From an uncultured Alteromonas sp. (GTDB taxonomy: Bacteria; Pseudomonadota; Gammaproteobacteria; Enterobacterales; Alteromonadaceae): a DNA stretch of 64,000 nt. Of this stretch, positions 40,304 to 49,918 are shown piece after piece. The stretch is from positions 13,463-77,462 of the forward strand of contig CAZOYR010000003.1 of assembly GCA_964584105.1 (NCBI GenBank), written 5' to 3'. Numbering within the stretch: position 1 is the stretch's first letter; every line of letters starts with the position of its first letter. The notes under the pieces are model-generated. The model had not been told where the DNA came from and made no database searches. It worked only from the letters and a program-made list of their open reading frames with translations. A program made the position numbers and the translations under genes.

Positions 40304-41617
40304 TCAGGATGATAATTCAGCATCGAGCTGTTCTTTACTGCTCTTTTCAGACTGAACAAACTTCTTCCACTGCTGGGCAATGCCGCGGCTTTTGGGGAAC
40401 TTCTCCGCCTCAGCCAGCTGGTTCAGCGCTTTGGCGTACTGACCCGTGTTGTACAACGCCATGCCTTTTACCAGATGTGGCATACCTTCGTTACGAAGTT
40501 GTCCTTTTTCCAGCGCCCGCTCAGCAGAACTGATCGCTTTCTGCCACTTTTCAGAGTTCAGATAAATCTGTGCAAGTTGCGCATCCAGCTCACCATCTTC
40601 TGACAAGGCGGCGGCTTCAGATAACGCCGGAATGGCTTTCTCATTTTCCTTGGCAAGCTGCCAGCTTTGTCCCAGAAAACGCCAGTTACGCAGGTTTTTC
40701 TCCAACGTACCATCAGACAGTGCCTGCTCCATCAGTCTGGCGCCTTTATAAGGTGCCCGATGGTAGTAGTAAAGCTGCGCCAGATTAAAAATATCGGCGG
40801 CACTTTGTACATAACCCTGCTGATAGGCTGTTTCCATAATTGCCAGCTGTTTACGCTCTTCGCCAAGCTCGCCAAACATACCCGCTAACTGAATCCAGTA
40901 TTTAGGCTCGTTGAATAACTTCACCATTTTTACCAGAATATCTTTGACCTTTTCCGGGCGCTTTAGCTCGTAATACACCGCTCGCTGCAGAATCAGCCAG
41001 CCTTCATCCGGGATCATGCCCTTGGCTTCATGTTCAGCAACAGCCTGGTCGATATAACCTGCCGCTTCTTCGTAGCTCTTGTTCTGGTACAACGCCTGGG
41101 CTTTCAGCACCTTGTTTTTAGGCGGGATGTCACCTTCATTCAGTGATTCCCAACGCTCAAGGTATTTCACCACATCGGTATAATTACCCTGCATCAGGTG
41201 AAGCTGCGCCAGCGAAAACAACGTCGACATTTCAAACTTGCGCGGAATTGGCTGCTGTTCGACTACTGTGGCAAACGACTCCAGCGCTTTTTCGTACTGT
41301 TCGTCGTTGTAATAAATAAAGCCATAGAAGTTGTACATCATCGCCTGTTCATAGCTATTCATAGAGCTTTTCTTATCCTCAACTTCGTCAAGGATAGAAA
41401 TGGCTTCTTTGATGTCACCTTCATCAGCAGCGGTTTGTGCCCGTGATAACTGGTCGTAAACCTTGGAGCGCAGTGTGGGCACTTTCCGGGTTTTCTTATC
41501 ACTGGCTTTCTGCTGCGCTACAGCATCTGTTGAAACCAGCATTGCTGGCACAGCGGCACCATATACCGATGCGACAATCGCTGCAGCTAACAGGCGTTTT
41601 GATAATGATTTATGCAT
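40304..41617 (-). CDS. Exported TPR-repeat protein of a TtpC-type TonB operon (TtpD-like)
   Basis: Long signal peptide and multiple TPR-like helical repeats; last gene after tonB as in Vibrio/Shewanella TonB2 operons. Confidence 0.85.
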   Translation of the reverse strand: MHKSLSKRLLAAAIVASVYGAAVPAMLVSTDAVAQQKASDKKTRKVPTLRSKVYDQLSRAQTAADEGDIKEAISILDEVEDKKSSMNSYEQAMMYNFYGFIYYNDEQYEKALESFATVVEQQPIPRKFEMSTLFSLAQLHLMQGNYTDVVKYLERWESLNEGDIPPKNKVLKAQALYQNKSYEEAAGYIDQAVAEHEAKGMIPDEGWLILQRAVYYELKRPEKVKDILVKMVKLFNEPKYWIQLAGMFGELGEERKQLAIMETAYQQGYVQSAADIFNLAQLYYYHRAPYKGARLMEQALSDGTLEKNLRNWRFLGQSWQLAKENEKAIPALSEAAALSEDGELDAQLAQIYLNSEKWQKAISSAERALEKGQLRNEGMPHLVKGMALYNTGQYAKALNQLAEAEKFPKSRGIAQQWKKFVQSEKSSKEQLDAELSS

Positions 41618-41623
41618 ATCGAA

Positions 41624-42232
41624 TTACCCGTCTATCTGGAACGTAATACGGTTTTGCACACCGGACACTTCCGTGGCTTCACCGTTCACAACACGAGGCT
41701 TGTATTTAAACTTCATCGCCGCATCCACGGCTGCCTGTTCAAAAATACCTTCCGGATTTGCCTCTACCACTATAGGGTCGCGCACGGCGCCTTGTTTGGT
41801 CACGGTAAACTCAACGATAACAAACCCTTCGATACCACGTTGTAAGGCACGACGCGGATATACTGGTGACACTTTAACGATAGGCAAATATTCGCCATCA
41901 CCCGAGTCCAGGGCTAAGCCACCATCAAGACCACCTTCAGCGCCTACATCTGAGCTGAAGTCCATGGAGGTGCCTTCTGCGTCTGGCGAAGGTGAATCCA
42001 TTTGTTGTGGCTGCATTTGCGGCGGTGGCTGCTCCGGCTTGGGCGGCTTACGCGGCTTGCGATCTTTTTGCTCTACCGTCTCCTCCTGCTTGACTCTGAC
42101 AAAGTCAAGCACGCTTCCCTTTGGCGGTTCCGTTAGTGCGCTGCCACCCATTTTGATCAATGACTGCATCAAAAAGAACAGGCCTAACGTAATCGCCAGA
42201 GAAGCGAAGAATGCAATAATAAATCGTGGCAT
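41624..42232 (-). CDS. tonB: Energy transducer TonB (short, TonB2-type)
   Basis: N-terminal TM, Pro-rich linker, PVYPRRA...GIEGFV-VEFTV...KFKYKP C-terminal domain. Confidence 0.93.
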   Translation of the reverse strand: MPRFIIAFFASLAITLGLFFLMQSLIKMGGSALTEPPKGSVLDFVRVKQEETVEQKDRKPRKPPKPEQPPPQMQPQQMDSPSPDAEGTSMDFSSDVGAEGGLDGGLALDSGDGEYLPIVKVSPVYPRRALQRGIEGFVIVEFTVTKQGAVRDPIVVEANPEGIFEQAAVDAAMKFKYKPRVVNGEATEVSGVQNRITFQIDG

Positions 42233-42235
42233 GAC

Positions 42236-42643
42236 TTACTGCTCTTGTGCTGCGATTGAAACGTCGTAAACACCTGCGGCGCGCGAAGCATCCATCACTT
42301 TAATCAGTGTTTCTGTAGTGGCTTTTTTATCAGCCTGAATAACCACCGTGCCCTGCGGATTCTCGGCGTGCAGGCGCTCGATATTGGCCTGTACTGCACG
42401 CTCGTCAACACGGCGTTTGTTGATCCAGATTTCACCAGTGTCTGAAATCGCGATAAGCACATTCGCACGATCTTTCTTCACGGCGGTTGACGCTTCAGGA
42501 CGATTTACATCAATGCCCGCTTCTTTAACGAACGACGCGGTAACGATGAAGAAAATAAGCATGATGAAAACAACGTCCAGCATGGGCGTCATATCGATTT
42601 GTGCTTCTTCTTCGTCGACCAGGTTTTGAAAATGCTGCTTCAT
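42236..42643 (-). CDS. exbD: Biopolymer transporter ExbD
   Basis: IDMTPMLDVVFIMLIFFIVT TM with conserved Asp; IQAD. Confidence 0.94.
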   Translation of the reverse strand: MKQHFQNLVDEEEAQIDMTPMLDVVFIMLIFFIVTASFVKEAGIDVNRPEASTAVKKDRANVLIAISDTGEIWINKRRVDERAVQANIERLHAENPQGTVVIQADKKATTETLIKVMDASRAAGVYDVSIAAQEQ

Positions 42644-42670
42644 AATTTGATACCTTAACTTAATGCCTTA

Positions 42671-43195
42671 TCAGACATTACGTTCAATGATGATTGCATC
42701 CTCAAGATGCGTGCGTTCAGATTTCGCCTGACGGTTTAGCCAGGTTGAGGCAAATACCCCTGACAGTGCGCCAACCATACCGGCCATTGTCGGAATCGTT
42801 GCTTTGGACACCCCTGATGCCATAGAACGTGCATTCCCTGAACCGGAGATTGCCATGACATCAAACACCTCAATCATACCGGTTACCGTTCCCAGCAGAC
42901 CCAGCAGCGGACAAAGCGCCACCAGAGCCTGGATAATCGGGATACTGCCATTCAACTGAATAGACAGGGTCGAAATCTTTTTCTGTCTTACCTGCTCGGC
43001 ATACCACGAAGAGCGATCAGAGCGGGCTTTCCACTCTTTAATAGCCTGCTTCTTCTTACTTTTGTGCCAGACCAGGATGTACATCGCACGTTCGAGGATC
43101 AAAAGCCACATAACGAATATCAGCAGACCGATGACCAGCAGAACCTGGCCACCTGTTTCTGTGAAATCGCGAATTGCTTCGAGAAACTCAAACAT
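42671..43195 (-). CDS. exbB: MotA/TolQ/ExbB proton channel (small ExbB)
   Basis: PLLGLLGTVTGMIEVF, MASGVSKA...TMAG. Confidence 0.92.
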   Translation of the reverse strand: MFEFLEAIRDFTETGGQVLLVIGLLIFVMWLLILERAMYILVWHKSKKKQAIKEWKARSDRSSWYAEQVRQKKISTLSIQLNGSIPIIQALVALCPLLGLLGTVTGMIEVFDVMAISGSGNARSMASGVSKATIPTMAGMVGALSGVFASTWLNRQAKSERTHLEDAIIIERNV

Positions 43196-43197
43196 GA

Positions 43198-44571
43198 TTA
43201 GCTCCGCTCAGCGCGCTCTGCGATAACCCCTGCAGCTTGTTCCTGCAGAATGTAAACGATGTTTTTGCTACGGGTATTAAGCATGGCGTAAAGCAGTGTC
43301 ATAGGAATCGCCACAACCAGACCCAGTACCGTGGTAACCAGTGCGGTTGAAATACCACCGGCCATCAGTTTAGGGTCACCCGTACCAAACAGTGTGATAG
43401 CCTGGAAGGTGTTAATCATACCGGTTACAGTACCTAACAGACCCATCAGCGGTGCAACAACTGAGATAATCTTGATGATGGTCAGATTACGGCTCAGTTT
43501 AGGCACTTCACCTAAAATGGCTTCGGTTAAGTGCAACTCCAGTGCTTCGGTATCCGCATGTGGATACGCATCACGTACTTTCAGTACACGACCCAGCGGG
43601 TTCGTTGTTTTGATTTCTTTAGACTTAAGCTGCTTGTCAACTTTTGCTTTAGTGATAGTCAGTGCTACTAAGCGCCAGATAGCCAGGAACAGACCAAATG
43701 CACCTACAATAAGAATGATGTAACCAACCACTCCACCTTGTTCAACACGCTCTTTAAGCGTTGGTGCTTGAACCAGCAGACCCAGGATGGAACCGCCAGT
43801 TGGGTCAATACCAAACTCAACAATATTGCCATCAGAGTTTTGCAGCGCAGACGCTGAGTCCTGATAACGGTCAGCCGGCTGACGAACCAGTTCAGCTACG
43901 GTGCCGGTAGTGCCGTTATAGTCCAGATACTTCCCATCTGATACCAGGGCAAAAGGCCCTATACGAACCACTTCTTTAGTGACTTTCTCGCCACCCGCTT
44001 CAACAACCGACGTTTCAAACGCTTCAACATCACCTGATTCGGTCATTTCACGCTGAATTTCAAACCAGACGCGCTCGATTTCTTCGATAGAGGCCAGCTT
44101 AGAGCTTTTGCCCATTTCCTGCGCCATGTTATCCAGAAATTCTGAACGGCCCGGGATTTGCGCTGAAATTACAGAGTTCTGGAACTTGCTCTTGGTATCA
44201 CCAGCTACCTGCTGTAGCACACCGAACAACTCTTTGAGTGAGCCCATACGGTTATCCAGCGCACCGTTTAAGTCTGCCAGTTTAAATTCGTTTTCTTCAA
44301 ACTGGGTTTCAAGTTTTTCAGATTGCTGTAGCAACTGGTCACGTTTGGCACGTGTGTCATCCAGAATCTGATCCTGTTGCGCACGCTGCTGCATGAAACG
44401 TTCTTCACGTTGCTTGTTTTGCTGGCTTTGCGTGAACTGCCCTTCTTCCAATTGCTTAAGCAACGCGTCCAGATCAAGCGCGCGGTCATTCTGCGCCACG
44501 GCGCCGAAGCTCAGGCCAACGGCAGTCAGACCAACTACAAGTTTTTTCATTTGTTTAAACATGGTCATCAA
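43198..44571 (-). CDS. ttpC: Large ExbB-like protein TtpC (periplasmic domain plus MotA/TolQ/ExbB domain)
   Basis: Signal peptide, coiled coil, IDPTGG, then APLMGLLGTVTGMI and GGISTALVTTVLGL. Exact start codon uncertain. Confidence 0.85.
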   Translation of the reverse strand: MMTMFKQMKKLVVGLTAVGLSFGAVAQNDRALDLDALLKQLEEGQFTQSQQNKQREERFMQQRAQQDQILDDTRAKRDQLLQQSEKLETQFEENEFKLADLNGALDNRMGSLKELFGVLQQVAGDTKSKFQNSVISAQIPGRSEFLDNMAQEMGKSSKLASIEEIERVWFEIQREMTESGDVEAFETSVVEAGGEKVTKEVVRIGPFALVSDGKYLDYNGTTGTVAELVRQPADRYQDSASALQNSDGNIVEFGIDPTGGSILGLLVQAPTLKERVEQGGVVGYIILIVGAFGLFLAIWRLVALTITKAKVDKQLKSKEIKTTNPLGRVLKVRDAYPHADTEALELHLTEAILGEVPKLSRNLTIIKIISVVAPLMGLLGTVTGMINTFQAITLFGTGDPKLMAGGISTALVTTVLGLVVAIPMTLLYAMLNTRSKNIVYILQEQAAGVIAERAERS

Positions 44572-44575
44572 CCTC

Positions 44576-45334
44576 TTACTCTGTCATTGCCACTGGCAGC
44601 ATCAGCATGTCTGGTGCCAGTTGTTTCTTCGCCATTCTCAGGCCTTTGGTAATCTGGGTGCGGTAGCTGCTATCCAGCTCTTCCCATTGGCGAGTCTGTT
44701 TGTTCCAGACACCCTGACTGCTGGCGTCACGCGTCTGATAAATCAGTGCCGTACGACCTAAGCGTAAAAACTCAACGTCACGCTCCTGACCGTCAATTTC
44801 ATGGATGCCGTTATACGCTTCCATGGTGCGGCCATATTCCATTTCTACCTGGTATGCTTCCATTACACGACGAAACTTTTCTGATGCGGCCACATCGGCA
44901 CGATCCATCAGATTTTTCAGATCAGCAACGCGATTGGCGCGCTCTTCGGGCAAGAACGGCACATCCAGTTCGATGAACTGCTCAAGACCTTCAATCATAC
45001 GAATCATCAATGGCGTGATTTGACGCTCAATGACCGATACTTCATCGATAGAGTCGTTCAAATCAGTCATTTCCTGATTCTGATTTTCGATCTGTTTGCG
45101 CAACTGCGCGTTATAAACTTCCAGACCCTCAATTTCTTTATTCAGGGTTTTAAACTGCTGAAGTTTACTGTCAATTTGGTTGGTGATTTTATTGATTTTT
45201 TCCTGTGACTGCGCCGCCGATTCATTAATCTTTGCCGCCTCATCCACCACGGGTTTTAAATCTTCATCATCTTGCGCCATAGCAGCGGATGCCATCATGG
45301 CACTTGCCAGTAACAAGGAGTTGAAAAGCTTCAT
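44576..45334 (-). CDS. DUF3450 family periplasmic coiled-coil protein (TtpB-like)
   Basis: Signal peptide, coiled coil, DVPFLPEER, EKFRR, EYGR, FLRLGR; first gene of TtpC-type operons. Confidence 0.87.
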   Translation of the reverse strand: MKLFNSLLLASAMMASAAMAQDDEDLKPVVDEAAKINESAAQSQEKINKITNQIDSKLQQFKTLNKEIEGLEVYNAQLRKQIENQNQEMTDLNDSIDEVSVIERQITPLMIRMIEGLEQFIELDVPFLPEERANRVADLKNLMDRADVAASEKFRRVMEAYQVEMEYGRTMEAYNGIHEIDGQERDVEFLRLGRTALIYQTRDASSQGVWNKQTRQWEELDSSYRTQITKGLRMAKKQLAPDMLMLPVAMTE

Positions 45335-45394
45335 ACACTCAAACCTTTTAATTTAAAAAATCGGTATGCACCGACCAGAATAGAAACTGCGCGT

Positions 45395-45428
45395 AGGATA
45401 GGAGTTTTCTGTGACAGTTTTATTACAT
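45395..45428 (-). promoter_or_regulatory. Pho box promoter for the DUF3450-ttpC-exbBD-tonB operon
   Basis: Minus strand ATGTAAT-AAAA-CTGTCAC, exactly 10 nt, then TATCCT. Confidence 0.78.
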
Positions 45429-45473
45429 GACTGTCATATATAAACGCAGTCAGAGGATTCTTTCTGAAGATAG

Positions 45474-45499
45474 AAAAAGAGCCGCAACATGCGGCTCTT
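45474..45499 (-). terminator. Intrinsic terminator after the TonB-dependent receptor gene
   Basis: AAGAGCCGC-aacat-GCGGCTCTT with a minus-strand U-tract. Confidence 0.8.
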
Positions 45500-45507
45500 A
45501 GCGGGGA

Positions 45508-48264
45508 TTAGAACGTGTAGCTATAGCTTAGGCCAAATTCGATACCGCGCTCTTCACGCAACAAATCAAGACCTTCCTGCTCAATACGTTTTTCCTGATC
45601 CAGCAGGTTTTTCACACTGAATTTAATCTGCGTATTAAAATCCGGATAATACGAGTAATTAAAATCAATGGAGTGGAACGTTTGTTCCTCTGCATCTTCA
45701 TTACCCCGTGTACCCGGTACGATAATCCGCGGACCAAAGGCGTTATAAACCAATGTGGCTGAATGCTCACCGTTAGGCGAGTCATAACCCATCTGCAGGT
45801 TCAGCACCCACTCTGAGTGACCCACCAGGCGTCGCACATTGTTGGTAACAATGTTCGAGGCACTGGTTGCATCCAGCGCATCCAGTAACTGACGCTCAAA
45901 CAGACTGGTGCGATCATCGTCGGCTGCACCGATGACAACTTCTGAGTCGGACACGGTCACGTTACCAGTGACAAAGAAGTCGACCAAGCGGTCATCGATG
46001 ATGCTCAGGTCCTGCAAAAACTCGACTTCCACACCGTATAGCTCACCGGACTCACCGTTGGCAGTCAGCAGGTTTGGCGCTGCGCCACCGACCGTACCCA
46101 GTTCAACCAACTCGATGGGATTTTCGATGTCTTTGTAAAATATCGCTGCTGATAGGTTATTACCGGCTTCGCGATACCACTCCCAACGAAAATCCGCGTT
46201 ACGTAGCTTGGAGCTTTTCAGCAGGGGCGAACCACGTACCAGAAACTCGGTCAGCGGATCGATGAAGAACGTGGTGCTGATGTCTCGTAAATCCGGACGA
46301 ATGGCCGATTCGCTGATATTAAAGCGAAACTGCATCTCATCATCCATGATGTAAGTCACCGCCAGTGACGGGAAGAAATCATCTTCCATAAACGCCAGTT
46401 GGGCAATCTCATCAGATTCTACCGAGAATGTGTTGGCATGGGCTGAAAATGGCACCGAAATCTGACGGAAGTCTTCATAGCGGACACCGCCGGAGAAACG
46501 CCATTTATTATTAATAAAGGCATCGGCCATTAAATAATAAGCGTCGATTTTGGTGCCAGCTGCATACTCGTCACCGTCAGCCATGTTCGACTGTAAGATA
46601 CCGGCACCCGTTGCGCTGCCGTAAAAGTCGTCGCTGGCCAACTGATCAGCCGCGAAGATTTCGTCAACTCTATCGCCAAACAAGGCATCGTCGGCAATCG
46701 CGCGGTGCGGAACCTGAATAGTGATATTTTCAGCTTTACGGGCTTTTTCAAAGAAATCTGCGCCAGCCTTAACTTCCAGGTCAATGCCATCAAGCATGAT
46801 GGGATAACCTAAATTCCAGCCCCATGTATCTGACACATCGCGCAAGCTTTGATACTGACGATTAACGTTGGTTGCAGAGACGTCCTGTAACTGTTGAGAA
46901 ACAAACTCACCGTTATCCAGGTTGTTCTGATAGGTGGCAGACAAACCACCGGGAGCGTCACGGTTTGCACGGCTGGTGCCCGCATACCAGTCGAAGTACA
47001 TGAAGTTGAGCTCAGGGAAGTTGTGCGTGCCTTTAATCTGGCTGGAGGTCATGCGACGCTCTTCGAACAGCATATCCACACGCTCAAGCTCACGGGTGCC
47101 AAAGATGGTTTCGTTAACATCCACAAAATCACGTACTCGAACGCGATCGTTCATGTCGTGTAAAATAACGTTGGTAAGTTCTAACCGGTGGTTACTGTTA
47201 TATTCGTAACCCACGTTGAACATGCCGCTCCAGCTAACGCTTTGCTCGGTTTCAACACCGTCGTATGATTGCGCGAAGCATTTACCGTTAGCGGTTTCGC
47301 TGTCAGGCAAGCTTGCACACCCTACAGTACCCAGGTTAGTGCCCGACTGTTCCTCGCCCACGTTCCACTCATTTTCATAGGAAATGGCAGATAAAAAGCC
47401 GAATTCACCCACGTCGGTAATAAAGCGGTTACCTAATGTCGCACCAATATCAAAATCGGGGTCGACATTTTTTGGATCCGGACCGATATCCCAGAACATC
47501 GAGCCCAGCATGGCCTTGCGCTCTTCAAGTGTGAGCGGGTACGTTCCAGAGCCTTCAATACCATCATCAGCCTGTGCTTTATCAAGGTTAGACTGGATAG
47601 TACCAGAAAGCGCGCGGGTACCGTCGTCGCGGCCGGTCCAGTCATCGCCACCGCCACTATAGAAGAAGCCGTCTGTAGAGTTGTTAGTATTATAGTCAAC
47701 GCCACCGGATACCTTGAAAACAAATTCAGAAGGGATGGACTTGGTGCGAATATTGACGTTACCGCCACCAAAATGCGCCGGCATATTCGGAGAGAAAGAC
47801 TTTTGTACATTCAGACTTTCTATAATATCCGAAGGAAATAAATCCAGAGGCACAACTGAGCGGGTAGGATCCGGACTGGGTACACCCATGCCGTTTAGCT
47901 GGGTACTTGAGTAGCGCTCACCCAAACCGCGTACGTAAATAAATTTACCATCAACCAGGGTAAGACCTGTTACACGACGAAGTGCCGATGCAGCATCGCC
48001 ATCACCAGTACGTGATATCTGATCAGCGCCTAGTATATCTGCTACGAATGCCTGATTCTGACGTTCCTGCAAAACAGCAGCGGCTGTGCCTTTAAGTCGT
48101 GTTCCCGTGGCAACCACTTCTTCGATGACTTCCTGATCATCGGCCTGAGTCTGACCTTCCTGCGCCAGTGCTGCCTGAGAGGACAGTGCGCTCGCCATTA
48201 GTGCAATGCTCACTGCTGAGCAAAGCTTCGATTTTGATGGCATCGAACGGCTTTTGTAAATCAT
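45508..48264 (-). CDS. TonB-dependent outer membrane receptor
   Basis: Signal peptide, TonB box IEEVVATG, plug motifs (RVTGL, YVRGLGERY, LDLFPSDIIES-V-KS, GGNVNI), beta-barrel, C-terminal YSYTF. Confidence 0.95.
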   Translation of the reverse strand: MIYKSRSMPSKSKLCSAVSIALMASALSSQAALAQEGQTQADDQEVIEEVVATGTRLKGTAAAVLQERQNQAFVADILGADQISRTGDGDAASALRRVTGLTLVDGKFIYVRGLGERYSSTQLNGMGVPSPDPTRSVVPLDLFPSDIIESLNVQKSFSPNMPAHFGGGNVNIRTKSIPSEFVFKVSGGVDYNTNNSTDGFFYSGGGDDWTGRDDGTRALSGTIQSNLDKAQADDGIEGSGTYPLTLEERKAMLGSMFWDIGPDPKNVDPDFDIGATLGNRFITDVGEFGFLSAISYENEWNVGEEQSGTNLGTVGCASLPDSETANGKCFAQSYDGVETEQSVSWSGMFNVGYEYNSNHRLELTNVILHDMNDRVRVRDFVDVNETIFGTRELERVDMLFEERRMTSSQIKGTHNFPELNFMYFDWYAGTSRANRDAPGGLSATYQNNLDNGEFVSQQLQDVSATNVNRQYQSLRDVSDTWGWNLGYPIMLDGIDLEVKAGADFFEKARKAENITIQVPHRAIADDALFGDRVDEIFAADQLASDDFYGSATGAGILQSNMADGDEYAAGTKIDAYYLMADAFINNKWRFSGGVRYEDFRQISVPFSAHANTFSVESDEIAQLAFMEDDFFPSLAVTYIMDDEMQFRFNISESAIRPDLRDISTTFFIDPLTEFLVRGSPLLKSSKLRNADFRWEWYREAGNNLSAAIFYKDIENPIELVELGTVGGAAPNLLTANGESGELYGVEVEFLQDLSIIDDRLVDFFVTGNVTVSDSEVVIGAADDDRTSLFERQLLDALDATSASNIVTNNVRRLVGHSEWVLNLQMGYDSPNGEHSATLVYNAFGPRIIVPGTRGNEDAEEQTFHSIDFNYSYYPDFNTQIKFSVKNLLDQEKRIEQEGLDLLREERGIEFGLSYSYTF

Positions 48265-48313
48265 GCTAAAAAACTCCGTTAGAGCTGAGTCTGGAATTAG
48301 GGGGCTTCTAACA

Positions 48314-48341
48314 GCTTAGGCGCCGAATCAGGCGCCTAAGC
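48314..48341. other. Intercistronic 11-bp hairpin between the lipoprotein and TBDR genes
   Basis: GCTTAGGCGCC-gaatca-GGCGCCTAAGC; no U-tract in the transcribed (minus) direction. Confidence 0.75.
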
Positions 48342-48368
48342 ATTTTTATTTACTCTGTGGCGTAAGCC

Positions 48369-49817
48369 TTATTCCAGACCTACTGTTACCCAGCTTTCAG
48401 TCCAGTCAGTCGTTGCATCCATTGCACCAATGAAGTCGGTAGCATCGAAGAAGCTGTCATCAATGCTGACGCTGCCTTCAAGCAGTACAGAACCTTCCGC
48501 CGGCTGATAGCCATTGTCAGCCAGTCCAAGGCCGTCCTGCGCAACAACACTGTTGCCTTCCTGTCCTTCAAACCAGGCTTGAGTGAAGCCTTCGCTGCCT
48601 TCGTCATCGCTGAAGTTATTACCTTCAGCACAGGCAACGACAGAGTTAGTCATGGTTAAATCACCCGCATCAGCATTCGCCTGAGACTCGGCGCCGTTAA
48701 CGCGCAAACAGTTGCTGTATGCATCCGGACCGGTGATAACAAATCCTGATAACGCACCGGCAGTACCAGCACGTAAACGTACGCCGTTGGCATCGTCTGC
48801 GCCAAGAATAGTGACGTTAGCAACAGTTGGGTTTGTCAGCGGTGTCGCCGCCGCATCAAACTCACTGTTGTCTGATTCAAACGCATTATCGCCATCTGCG
48901 GCGTCTTGCTTGATAAGCACGTATTGCGCTTTACCTGTCCAGCCGAATGACCAGTCGAAAGAATCATCACCGTTAGCAGTCAGTACAATGTGCTTCACAT
49001 TTACCGTACCGCCGAAAAATTCAATACCATCATCAAGATTCTGGTGAACCTGAATGTAGTCAACTTCAGTACCTGAGCCCACACCGGCAAAGCTGATACC
49101 ATTTAGCTCATCACCGTTACCCAGTGTACGTCCGGCGTGCTTAACGACAACGTAGTTAAGCTTACCAGAGCTATCTTCAGGCATGTTGCCACCAAACTGA
49201 CCCGCGTCACCTTCAGCAGAAACACCGCAGTTATTCAGCTCATCATCTGTAGTTTCACCAACCTGGTCACCACATGAGTTAGCCGGTGCACGACCTAACA
49301 GTACCAGACCGCCCCACTGACCGATGGTAGTCTCCTGACCGGTTACATCCTGAATGGAGGTCATGGTAATTGGCGCTTCAGCCGTACCATTTGCCATGAT
49401 TTGTGAACCACGACGAACAACCAGGAAATCTTCACCAGCCTGACCAATGATAGTGGTACCAGCTTCAATCGTCAGGACCGCTGAGTTTTCGTTATCACCA
49501 CCGACCGCGGTACGACCATCCAGTACCCAGTGTGCGTCGGCGCTTAATGTCGCATCTTCATTAAATTCAACATTTGAAGATAACTGATACACCGGCTTGT
49601 CTGTGATTTCAGGAAAATTTGCTGACACATCTGATGCCAGGCCAGCAGTTACCAGTGGGTTAGCATCACCATCTGTTGGCGGATCCGTCGGGGTGGGGTT
49701 CGTAGTGCCGCCTTCGTTAGTTACGTCACCTTCATTGATATTGATATCACCGCCGCAACCAGCAAGCACTAGCGCGCTGGCAATTGCAGATGCTTGAAAC
49801 AGATGCTTAATAGTCAT
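48369..49817 (-). CDS. Acidic outer-membrane/surface lipoprotein, probable beta-helix
   Basis: Lipobox LAGC, Thr/Pro linker, Gly/Asp/Asn-rich; GQWGGLVLLGRA, ELNGISFAGVGSGT, DDGIEFFGGTVN, DDSFDW motifs. Confidence 0.85.
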   Translation of the reverse strand: MTIKHLFQASAIASALVLAGCGGDININEGDVTNEGGTTNPTPTDPPTDGDANPLVTAGLASDVSANFPEITDKPVYQLSSNVEFNEDATLSADAHWVLDGRTAVGGDNENSAVLTIEAGTTIIGQAGEDFLVVRRGSQIMANGTAEAPITMTSIQDVTGQETTIGQWGGLVLLGRAPANSCGDQVGETTDDELNNCGVSAEGDAGQFGGNMPEDSSGKLNYVVVKHAGRTLGNGDELNGISFAGVGSGTEVDYIQVHQNLDDGIEFFGGTVNVKHIVLTANGDDSFDWSFGWTGKAQYVLIKQDAADGDNAFESDNSEFDAAATPLTNPTVANVTILGADDANGVRLRAGTAGALSGFVITGPDAYSNCLRVNGAESQANADAGDLTMTNSVVACAEGNNFSDDEGSEGFTQAWFEGQEGNSVVAQDGLGLADNGYQPAEGSVLLEGSVSIDDSFFDATDFIGAMDATTDWTESWVTVGLE

Positions 49818-49859
49818 TCGATTCTCCGTCAGGACTATGTATTTTTAAAAGACAGGAGA

Positions 49860-49918
49860 AGACTACATAAGCTTAATGACACTTTTGTTACATTATGACA
49901 CTGTCACAAAAGTTTTAT
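49860..49918 (-). promoter_or_regulatory. Pho box promoter for lipoprotein-TBDR, plus an adjacent oppositely oriented Pho-like box
   Basis: Minus strand ATGTAAC-AAAA-GTGTCAT, 10 nt, TAGTCT (49860-49893). Plus strand CTGTCAC-AAAA-GTTTTAT (49901-49918). Confidence 0.78.

Noticed and set aside
41463-42269. 268-aa plus-strand ORF antisense to tonB and the TPR gene
   Set aside because: Ser/Thr/Pro-rich mirror of the real coding strand with no motifs. The same applies to the many antisense ORFs over relA, acnB and the TBDR.
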